Source of the DNA: Eledone cirrhosa
Lineage: Eukaryota
Assembly: GCA_964016885.1 (NCBI GenBank)
Contig: OZ024745.1
Location: 84,878,001 to 84,942,000 of the forward strand
Length of the DNA stretch: 64,000 nt
Reading direction: 5' to 3'
Shown here: positions 47,931 through 64,000 of the stretch, piece after piece
How the letters are laid out: the number at the start of each line of letters is the position of its first letter
Numbering within the stretch: the stretch's first letter is position 1
Made by a program: the position numbers and the translations under genes
Notes under the pieces: model-generated
The model's input: the letters and a program-made list of their open reading frames with translations, nothing else
Told to the model about the DNA's origin: nothing
The model's database searches: none

Positions 47931-48989
47931 TATCATAAATCATGTCATATATATCATAAATCATTCTAAAGAATTATTAGATAAAATATATACCGTTTCT
48001 TCTTCCAATTAGCATAATTAACCATATAAAAAATCAATTAGACCAAGCTATAAGAAGAAAGGCTCTTATGAAGAAATCTTCGACAAATAACCGAAAGTGG
48101 CCTCTTCGCGGTGGCCCCAATATAGTATATTTATCCAACATTTCGACAGCATGTGGAAACTGACTAAATATATCATCAACCATACACAATTAGGTGTAAA
48201 ATTAAACTTAGAAGAAACGTGTACATACCGTAATTATATCTCTACCATGGTTTCATCCGTATTTTTAGACATCCAATTAATAGGAATGTCCTGAGTTAGG
48301 ATTCATCAGGAGACAAACTCAAAATCAGTCATCTAGTTTTTCAACCTGATCGCGCCGAAATGAGATTAAAAAATGGCTAAGAATCGCTATGTGGCTGTGG
48401 TCAAGCTAGAAAGAATGTGATTGGCTGCTTACGGCGGGTAGGCTTGTTGCTAGAAAGCGCAGCCAAATGTCGCCAAATTTAATCTCAACCTAACGGGAAA
48501 TTATTAAATATAAAGTTTTACATATACATAAAGTTATAGATATATATGTTGCAACCGGTCACCTTTAAGCTCTATGAAGAATTAATAAATTAAATAATCA
48601 GAGCAATATATCATAAATCATGTCTTTAGAATTATTAGATAAAATATATACCATTTCTTCTTCCAATTAGCATAATTAACCATATAAAAAATCAATTAGA
48701 CCAAGCTATAAGAAGAAAGGCTCTTATGAAGAAATCTTCGACAAATAACCGAAAGTGGCCTCTTCGCGGTGGCCCCAATATAGTATATTCATCCAACATT
48801 TCGACAGCATGTGGAAACTGACTAAATATATCATCAACCATACACAATTAGGTGTAAAATTAAACTCAGAAGAAACGTGTACATACCGTAATTATATCTC
48901 TACCATGGTTTCATCCGTATTTTTAGACATCCAATTAATAGGAATGTCCTGAGTTAGGATTCATCAGGAGACAAACTCAAAATCAGACA
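47931..48989 (-). mobile_element. Tandem 1.6 copies of the 658-bp HHR unit
   Basis: Exact 658-bp period (48097 vs 48755); two intact HHRs. Confidence 0.88.
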
Positions 48990-49035
48990 TATATATGTAT
49001 ATATGTATATATATATATGTATATATGTATATATA

Positions 49036-49429
49036 TTAAGACAGGGGGGAAGAAAAAAAATGGCTTCACTTGTGCTTTCAATAAATTTATTTTCTTCACA
49101 AAATCCAAAAAGAATTTTTTTTTTATTTTCTTCCGGATTATAAAAAACTTTTCCTTAAAAAAAAAATTGTTGGTTAGGTCTTGGCAAACAGTTTGACAAG
49201 CGCACCTCAGCGTGAAAGGTCTTTCTAAGAACGAAGCAATACCTCCTACGTTAACCAAGAACTCCTAAGACCTAACCAACAACCAACAATTTAATTTATA
49301 AAAAAAAATTTTTTGAAGAAAAATTTTTTTCTAATCCGGAAAAAAAAAAAATTTATTTTGGATTTTGTGAAGAAAATAAATTTGTTGAAAGCACAAGTGA
49401 AGCTATTTTTTTCTTCCCCCCTGTCTTAA
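49036..49429. mobile_element. MITE with ~150-bp imperfect TIRs, TA-flanked (Tc1/mariner-like target)
   Basis: TA|TTAAGACAGGGGGGAAG...CTTCCCCCCTGTCTTAA|TA; non-coding centre. Confidence 0.85.
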
Positions 49430-50337
49430 TATACCTAACTGTACCAAGGATTACACACATTTTCCAATATATATATATATATATGTATATATATAGATAT
49501 GTATATATATATGTATATATATATGTATGAGGGAGCTTATAGATAGGACAACACACGCTGTCTTTTCGTGGGGTAAGTTTTTAATTAATTTTTGTATTCT
49601 GAAACATCAAAATACAACAATTTTTTGGTCACTGGACCAAAAAATGTCTCGACAGAAGTTTGTGGAAGTTACACAAATATTTTAGTATATTTTAGCAGAG
49701 CAATCCTTATTTATATCTTACATTTTACATTTACTTACATCTCAATATAACATGGCTAAAATTCAAATTTTGCTAAGAGAAGAAAACGGTCAAATGAACT
49801 AGACAACAGCTCACTGTCCCCACCACCACAATAACGTCTACACTCTCTCCCCACCATCACATGTCATAACCATACCATACCCTATCTAGACTAAAGTCAT
49901 CGACTTGTTGTCAAACTCTCTACTCTCTGTTGAATGTGTATATATATATATATATATGTGTGTATATGTATATGTGTGTATATACATCACTCAGTCAAAC
50001 GACCAGATTTCAACCCCAACATCTACAACAACAACAACAACAACAACACCGGCACTAATGTTTACAGCAACAACAGCTTCAGAATGAACTGAAATGAACA
50101 TTTACAACAACAACAACAGCGGCATCAAAACATAAAAACGGAAGGGAAAAGAAAAGAAAAGAAAAGAAAAGAAAAGAAAAGGAAAAAAAAACAAACAAAA
50201 AAAAACTCAAAATAACAAAACACACACACACGCACACAACACAACAACAACATCAACTGCCACCACCACCACCACAGTCACCGCCGCCGCCATCACCATC
50301 ACCAGCGACCGGGCCTTAAGAAAACAACTTTAATAAT

Positions 50338-50487
50338 AATTTTTCTGCTTTTGGCACGGATCCAGCGACTGGCCAGCGCATCACTGGTACTCTCTTTTGT
50401 TGACTCCGTGGGGATGAAGGGCAAGGTTGATCTCGGCGGGATTTGAGCTCAGAGCGTGGAGAGCCATAACTCTATGCTGTAAAGCAA
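50338..50487 (-). mobile_element. Diverged, 5'-truncated SINE copy
   Basis: ggatgaagggcaaggttgatctcggcgggatttgagctcaga aligns with the other SINE copies. Confidence 0.8.
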
Positions 50488-50589
50488 TTATAATAATACT
50501 GGACTGTAATACGATCGGCTTCAACTATACAAACTCTTTAAAGTCAACAGTTGACATAATCTTGTAATCTTGTATCAGTAATGACGGTA

Positions 50590-50623
<34 letters not shown>

Positions 50624-50754
50624 AAGTGAGTAGAGGAGCGTGTGTGTGTTTGTTTGTATGTATGTGTTGCTGTGTGCGCGCATATGTATGCGTGTTTGTG
50701 TATGTCGTACGTATAAGTGTCAATAAGTGAGTTTTTTTTTTTGTTTTTTTTTTG

Positions 50755-55263
<4,509 letters not shown>

Positions 55264-55291
55264 ATATATATGTATATATATGTATATGTAT

Positions 55292-55345
<54 letters not shown>

Positions 55346-55400
55346 GTATATATATGTATATATATATACGTATATATATATATGTATATATGTATATATG

Positions 55401-55525
<125 letters not shown>

Positions 55526-55566
55526 GTATGTATATATATATATATGTATATATATATGTATATATA

Positions 55567-55620
<54 letters not shown>

Positions 55621-55629
55621 ATATATATA

Positions 55630-55668
<39 letters not shown>

Positions 55669-55669
55669 G

Positions 55670-55825
<156 letters not shown>

Positions 55826-55842
55826 GTATATATATATATACG

Positions 55843-55878
<36 letters not shown>

Positions 55879-55885
55879 TGTATAT

Positions 55886-55945
55886 GCGGTGCCCCAGCAT
55901 GGCCTCAGCCGGATGGCTGAATCAGGTAAAAGAGTAAAAGAGTAA
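55886..55945 (+). mobile_element. 60-bp LINE/SINE 3' tail fragment
   Basis: gtgccccagcatggcc stem-loop followed by short tandem (aaaagagt) repeats, organised like the CR1-type tail at 61575-61650. Confidence 0.55.
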
Positions 55946-55957
55946 TATATATACATG

Positions 55958-56032
<75 letters not shown>

Positions 56033-56043
56033 ATATATATAAG

Positions 56044-56076
<33 letters not shown>

Positions 56077-56194
56077 GTATATATATATATATGTATATAT
56101 ATATATGTATATATATATGTATGTATATATATATATATATATATGTATGTATATATATAGTGTATGTATATAAATATATATATATATATATGTA

Positions 56195-58053
56195 CGATAT
56201 TAAACAAATGGAAACTATATTTATAAAACCATATTTATTTCGTTATATATATTTCTGGGATATCATATTAAAAATATGTTATGCCTTCCTCAGACAAAAT
56301 ACAATACATAAGCTGTTTTATAAATAATTAGTGACATACCTTGTAATAATGCAACTTCCTTTTTAAAAGTTGATTTGGTAGTGAAACTGTTATGATAGAT
56401 AGAAAGAAAACGAAGATGAGGAGAAGAAGGTTAAGAGATGTATGTAAATAAAAAAGAAGAAGATGAAGAGATGTATGCAAAGAGAAAAGAGATGTATGTA
56501 AAGAAAAACAACGGAGCGAGATAGAGAGACAAGGATAGAGAGAAATACATTGATGGTGAAAAAAAAAAAACATAGTAGGCTGCTTTTTGACAGATGATCA
56601 TCGTATATGTGAGAGGTTAAGGGAAGGGATACAGTTAGATTAGTGTATAGGAGAAAAAGAAAGAAAGACGATATATTTAAAATATATTAAAAATATATTA
56701 TGTCTCATCCATTTGAATTATCAATTTTTATGAATTAGGCATTATAATGTAAATATCAGTAATCATGAATGAGACACATATCTATAATGTGTAAAAAAAA
56801 GTGACCACATGCTCAGTTTAAAAATGCTTAGGTCTATAAGCAAAATCTGAGACAAAACTTCAAACATAAGTATATATGCATTCTCGTGAAAAATGAGAAA
56901 AGAGAAGGTTATCTCAAATTCAAGTTGATAAATATAGATGCACATGTGAACCTAGGTGATACGCTGCACTGATTCTTATATTTCATGAAAAACTTCAATG
57001 TGTCAGAAAAGAAAAACTTCAATGCGTTAGAAGAGATTCCACCCTACATACATTTACATACATATATACATATATATATAGACACAAAACATATAAGATA
57101 TACATTAACATCTAAAATAATCATCGATCAAGCATAGAGTAGACAACAGATATCAATATTAAAATTAAAAACGCCAAGAATATCTTCGTCACTCCACAGA
57201 GTATCTAGGGACGCAAGAGAACATAGTATGCCACGCATATCGGTCATAGAATCAGAGTCAAAAGCAAACAAGACCAAAATTGCTCACCAAGCCTTATTTA
57301 TCAGAAATCATTCAAAACTTATTCTACAAATGCTCTTATATTTATTATAGAAGTTTATCCAGCTTAAAAATTTATTCAAAAGATTGGGACCAACGCCAAT
57401 TTTAGGGTAGTTTATTTAATCTCATTAATTATATATTCATGCGGAATCGTTTTTAAAAAATTGAAGGAATCGAAAGATTTATCACCAAGTATCACAAATA
57501 GTCAAATACCTTAAGTAAATATACTACATTTTATACTACATTTTAAATTTATATTTATATTTAAATGTTGAGTTCAATCTATGTCTGCAACAGCTGAATA
57601 AATTGGTTCGTAAATTAAGGGAATTTTTAGATTTTAATATAAAGAATATCTCCTCCGCGCAGAGGTCACAAGTCTCAGAAGAGGAATTAAAAGTCATCCC
57701 TTTTGAGACTATATTCCAAACCATCGAATATCCAACTTTATCATGCTTAAGTTGCCAGAGTAACCCTGACAGCGATGTTGATGATTTTTTATTTGGATCC
57801 GTGAAAGAATTTTTGTGATTATTATAGCGAAGTTTAAATTCTGTCGAGGTGGAACCAACATAATTAAAAGAATTTAAATCAGTTCTAACATTACAGTTGT
57901 ATATTATATTTTTAACTAAGCAATTGTTATTTAGCGGACATTTAGATCTATCTCTACAGTTACGTAAACCTACTCCAGAAACTGTCGAGTGCTTTTATAT
58001 CAGTTATAAAATATTTACTCGTTGTAACCCAACAATCTTAAATAAAACTTTTG
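56195..58053 (-). mobile_element. PLE 3' fragment (GIY-YIG plus 3' UTR)
   Basis: 57536-57960 gives [22 protein letters not shown]...YVGSTSTEFKLRYNNH. Confidence 0.85.
56238..56299 (-). ncRNA. Hammerhead ribozyme
   Basis: UUUUGU-CUGAGGA-AGG...CAUAUU-UUU-AAUAUG...CCA-GAAA-UAUAUA-UA-ACGAAA. Confidence 0.75.
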
Positions 58054-58071
58054 CATATATATATATGTATG

Positions 58072-58102
<31 letters not shown>

Positions 58103-58153
58103 GTATGTATATATATATATATATATGTATATATATGTGTATATATATATATG

Positions 58154-58276
<123 letters not shown>

Positions 58277-58315
58277 GTATATATATGTATGTGTATATAT
58301 ATATGTACGGATATG

Positions 58316-58346
<31 letters not shown>

Positions 58347-58468
58347 GTATAAATATATATATATATATATATATATGTTTATATATATATATATATATAC
58401 ATATATATATACACATATATATACATATATACATATAGATACATATATATATATAAATATATGTATAT

Positions 58469-58499
<31 letters not shown>

Positions 58500-58507
58500 G
58501 ATATGTA

Positions 58508-58543
<36 letters not shown>

Positions 58544-58544
58544 C

Positions 58545-58600
<56 letters not shown>

Positions 58601-58601
58601 G

Positions 58602-60058
58602 CATTGTTATACTTTGGGAGGGTCATCTTGCCAATAAGAAACACACGCACCAGTTGCTTTCACATCAATTTATTATATATTTATAAATTTATAAATTTAC
58701 AAATCCACAAACTTATAACTCCACAAACTTATAAATTTCTGGTTGGTTGCTTGGTTCCACAACCAGATAGTTGTTTATATATAGTCATAGTCCTTTCGTC
58801 ACACACTCTGTGACCTCTTCAGTGACTGGGGATTCCTTTCTTTGTTTCTGTGCCTTTCCTTTCTTCTGTCCTACGCCATTTTGTTTCTGTGTGTGTGTTG
58901 TGTGCTCAGTTTGCGCATGCGCCACATCCGGATGTCTGCGTGTGTTTGTGTTCATTTATCTATTTGTTTATTTATTTACATGTTGTTGGTTGGTTGTTTG
59001 TTCTATGTGTGTGTGTGTTTTCATTTTGTCCTTAATTGTAAGTTGTGATGTTGCTGTTCCACTCATATTTTCTATTTAATTTGGTTGTAATTCTTTTATG
59101 CTTACTGCCTCTGTAATTTGCCTAAACATTGCATCTTTTCTGTGTGTGGATTCTATTTTTATTTCTATGTTCTCTAAGACCCTCATGTATAGATAAGAAA
59201 TGTATAACCTGTAAAATAAGCCCCCATATTAACTGTAAAACTAGAAATGTAGTGTATAGCATAAGATGTACTGAAGGACAATGTAGAAACAAAAATATAG
59301 TGTACATAGGTGAGACAGCTCGTAGTATAGGGGAACGAATAAATGAACACTGGCGAGACCTTCAAGATAATAAAGAATCATCTGTACTCTACCAACATGC
59401 TAAGATAGAACCCAAGGGTAAATTAGAGAACATAGAAATAAAAATAGAATCCACACACAGAAAAGATGCAATGTTTAGGCAAATTACAGAGGCAATAAGC
59501 ATAAAAGAATTACAACCAAAATTAAATAGAAAATATGAGTGGAACAGCAACATCACAACTTGCGATTAAGGACAAAATGAAAACACACACACACATAGAA
59601 CAAACTACCAACCAACAACATGTAAATAAATAAACAAATAGATAAATGAACACAAACACACACAGACACCCGGATGTGGCGCATGCACAAACTGAGCACA
59701 CAACACACACACAGAAACAAAATGGCGTAGGACAGAAGAAAGGAAAGGCACAGAAACAAAGTAAGGAATCCCCAGTCACTGAAGAGGTCACAGAGTGTGT
59801 GACGAAAGGACTATGACTATATATAAACAACTATCTGGTTGTGGAACCAACCAACCAACCAGAAATTTATAAGTTTGTGGAGTTATAAGTTTGTGGATTT
59901 GTAAATTTATAAATTTATAAATATATAATAAATTGAAGTGAAATCAACTGGTGCGTGTGTTTTTTATTGGCAACATGACCCTCCCAAGGTATAACAATAT
60001 CGGTTTCAACACACGATTTCAGATAAAGAATCTTGCTAAACAAATTCAAAAACGAAAT
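58602..60058. mobile_element. Inverted pair of family B PLE 3' ends (58602-59176 minus, 59177-60058 plus)
   Basis: GIY-YIG frame 59177-59569; intact HHRs at 58783-58827 (-) and 59774-59818 (+). Confidence 0.92.
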
Positions 60059-60099
60059 ATATATATGTATATATATATAAATATATGTATATATATATG

Positions 60100-60139
<40 letters not shown>

Positions 60140-60194
60140 TACTTATATATATATACATACATATATATATATACATACATATATATAAATATAT

Positions 60195-60256
<62 letters not shown>

Positions 60257-60326
60257 ATATATACATATATATATATACATACATATATATATATACATAT
60301 ATATATATATGTATGTAGATATATAT

Positions 60327-60394
<68 letters not shown>

Positions 60395-60421
60395 GTATGT
60401 ATATATATATATATGTATATA

Positions 60422-60502
<81 letters not shown>

Positions 60503-60563
60503 ATATATATATATATAAGTATATATATATATATATGTATATATATGTATATATATATATGTG

Positions 60564-60673
<110 letters not shown>

Positions 60674-60704
60674 TATACGTATATATAAAGTAAGACCATA
60701 TATG

Positions 60705-60837
<133 letters not shown>

Positions 60838-60912
60838 GTACATTATGAAGAGAGAAGAAACATTTAGATATAATTAGTAATAAAATGTATCATACCTAAA
60901 CTGCTCCTAAAT

Positions 60913-61002
60913 TCCTCGACTACGTAGTTTCGTGGCATAAACAAAAACAATATATCATAAAGATATAGAGTCCTTGCGAGGTCTGCCGACTTATCAAGAG
61001 GA
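60913..61002 (-). ncRNA. Hammerhead ribozyme, U3-A8 core, long stem II, in a non-coding segment 60841-61372
   Basis: UCCUC-UUGAUAA-GUCGGCA...UGCCAC-GAAAC-UACGUA-GUC-GAGGA. Confidence 0.85.
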
Positions 61003-61514
61003 TACCTCATTTTACTAGTCTCAAGAACGCGTCTACACGACGTGAGAAAGAATCCCAAAAGGCGGAGGGCGAGATAGTCACGCGATATAACGGTCGAGAA
61101 ACAGAGCTAAGCCTCTTATAACCCCGAAGAAAATACCACGGAGGCGGAGGGGGTATTTATATCGAGGCCGTAGAAGAGGTGGTGAAGAAGGCGAGAAGTA
61201 TGAGTAATGGAAGCTTTCCAGCTGTCCCCACACTTCAAAGATTGCTCGACCAGAGGGAGTTATTAACAATATATTTAGAAACACACAGATACACGCGGAC
61301 ACACACATATATACATGAATGCATCCGCACCCAACTGTGAGTTAAGGGTGCCAACTTCACCGATGTTGCTCAATATGTATATATATATATATGTATATAT
61401 GTATATATGTATGTATATATATATATATATATGTATGTATATATATATATAGTGTATGTATATAAATATATATATATATATATGTATGTATATATATATA
61501 GATATATATGTATG

Positions 61515-61547
<33 letters not shown>

Positions 61548-61571
61548 GTATACATATATATGTATGTATAT

Positions 61572-62868
61572 AACTTTGAAATGTAACTTTGAAATGTTTT
61601 GGCCAGTATTGGCCCAGGCCATGTCTAAATTAATAGCACCACCTGGCGAAGTCTTTCAATTCAGGATTTGGGCACCATGGCCCATTCGAGAAGAGAATTA
61701 CTGTTTGCGGAGACATATCCGGGTGTGGGTGGTTTGTCCGGGATTACTTGGAGGAATTTGTCCAAAGACTTCTTGAATTTTGTGTGGTCAGTTTCTGTTT
61801 TGACGTGTCCTGGTGTGATGTTGAAGAGAGCAGGGCCGATTGAGGTGAAATAATTGTGCCGTATTGTTGATATGAGTTGCGATTTAGATTTTTGAATGGG
61901 ACGGATAGCACGGGGCCCAAGCCTTGGGTGTATCTTGAAGGCGATGCCAACATCATTTGGGCAGTGATGATGGAACATTTTCCACATCATGCAGATAATA
62001 TAACGCTCACGGCGACGTTGGAGCGAGTAAAGTTTCAGGTTTTCTAATCGACCCCAGTAGTCAAGGTCTGACATGCCATCTATCTTTTTCGTGATTGCCC
62101 TTTGAGGAGCTTCAAGTTTCATGATACTTTGTTTCGTGTGGGGAGACCACAGTGGACAACAGTATTCAAGGTGTGGTCGGGCAAAAGTAGAGAAGAAAAG
62201 GATAATGGTGCGGGAATCTCTCGACTGGAAGGTTCTGAGGATCCAGGAACACATTCTGCGGGCCATGTCAACTTTGCTGCTTATATGCGTGGTCCAGCTT
62301 ATGTTGCTGTCCACGATTACTCCCAAGTCTCTGATGTTGTTAGATGCCACGAGAGTTTCCCCGGAGGGAAGGGAGTACGGGAGTTTCAGAGCATCCTCTT
62401 TTCCAAAGTGGATCAGTTCGAATTTGTCTTCGTTCAGTAACATGTTGTTCTATTCTGCCCATTGGGTAACAGCCAGTAGGTCTGACTGAAGGCTTATCCG
62501 GTCATCCACGCCATTGATGACCTTTTGGAGCTTGGAATCATCAGCGAAAATTTTAATGTTGCTGTGTTTGATGATGTCAGTGATGTCATTAATATAGATG
62601 ATGAAGAGAAGTGGGCCCAACACAGTGCCTTGTGGGACCCCACTACTGACTTTGGCTGGGCTTGATTTGACTCCCTCAACTACAACATGTTGGGTTCTGT
62701 TTGACATGAAGCTCTTGATCCACTGCAGCAGCTTTCCAGTGACACCAATATTGGACAGCTTTCTCAGTAGAATGTTATGATCAACCCTGTCAAAGGCCTT
62801 GCTGAAATCAAGGTAGATAACATCAGTGTTGGAACCCTCTCCCAAGGCTCTCAACATGTCATCAAAGT
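61572..62868 (-). mobile_element. 5'-truncated CR1/L2-group LINE
   Basis: [47 protein letters not shown]; in-frame stop at 62450; 3' tail with tandem acatttcaaagtt. Confidence 0.92.
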
Positions 62869-62911
62869 GATGATATATATATATATGTATATATATGTGT
62901 ATATATATATG

Positions 62912-62956
<45 letters not shown>

Positions 62957-62959
62957 GTG

Positions 62960-63010
<51 letters not shown>

Positions 63011-63039
63011 GTATGTATATATATATATGTACGTATATG

Positions 63040-63071
<32 letters not shown>

Positions 63072-63080
63072 TATGTATAA

Positions 63081-63131
<51 letters not shown>

Positions 63132-63195
63132 CATATATATATACACATATATATACATATATATATATAGATACATATATATATATAAATGTATG

Positions 63196-63237
<42 letters not shown>

Positions 63238-63241
63238 GATA

Positions 63242-63279
<38 letters not shown>

Positions 63280-63446
63280 CATATATATATATTTATATAT
63301 ATATATATGTATATATATGTATATATATATAAATATATGTATATATATATGTATATATATATATATGTATATATATATATGTATATATACTTATATATAT
63401 ATACATAAATATATATATATATATACATACATATATATAAATATAT

Positions 63447-63511
<65 letters not shown>

Positions 63512-63525
63512 TATATACATACATA

Positions 63526-63556
<31 letters not shown>

Positions 63557-63575
63557 GTATGTAGATATATATGTT

Positions 63576-63617
<42 letters not shown>

Positions 63618-63765
63618 GATTTTGAGTTTATGTTGGTTGTATACCAACACCTCAGTATGCAGGCTGGAGCACTCGACGAAGTGCGCAGGTTGGTTTGGTT
63701 ACTCCGGAGTAGTGTAAAATAAAGTTAAATAAAAGTCAAATGATTAAAATTTAGCTTCGTTTATT

Positions 63766-63820
63766 ACTGCTATATATATTTCAGTGACAGCCATCTTTGG
63801 CTGTGACCTCTTCAGGCAGT
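63766..63820 (-). ncRNA. Hammerhead ribozyme in an element 3' end (63618 to window edge)
   Basis: ACUGC-CUGAAGA-GGUCACAGCCA-AAGA-UGGCUGUCACU-GAAA-UAUAUA-UA-GCAGU. Confidence 0.82.
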
Positions 63821-64000
63821 TTGAATTAGTAAGGTATAGACAAGTACATATGTTGTTTAGGTGTATGATATTGTCAATACTCTGATATGCCCAGTTCCTT
63901 GTTGGGTTGTTAATTCACTGGGGAACTGGAGTCATATGAATTCAAACAAACGAATTTTAGTGTCACAGGTCCCCTTCTCCTCTCATTGGTCAGTTATTAG

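Overview
This is AT-rich eukaryotic DNA with no recognisable host gene. It is probably from an octopod cephalopod, inferred from the tRNA-derived SINE with a Nin/OK-like core and the microsatellite load. The window is a (TA)n microsatellite field almost completely filled with retroelements. These are about 15-20 Penelope-like element (PLE) insertions (RT plus C-terminal GIY-YIG) from at least four protein types, one near-intact RTE LINE, a CR1-type LINE fragment, four SINE copies and a TA-flanked MITE. Most ORF-track entries ([12 protein letters not shown]) are microsatellite artefacts. Main observations: (1) An apparently intact Neptune-like PLE (29438-34331) has two overlapping ORFs joined by an in-frame U_UUU_UUA slippery heptamer, predicting -1 programmed frameshifting. 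A second, divergent element (44910-47922) has the same heptamer at the equivalent position, masked by a 4-bp duplication. (2) Type I hammerhead ribozymes (HHRs) of more than 15 distinct sequence families could be folded by eye at element 3' ends, many with core variants or long stem II inserts. (3) Two non-coding, terminally or tandemly repeated HHR-bearing units (658 and 634 bp) look like retrozymes, and a third 610-bp unit lacks a canonical HHR. (4) A fold-back insertion starts exactly at a predicted HHR cleavage site. All structures and boundaries were determined by eye, so element ends are approximate and clade names are tentative.
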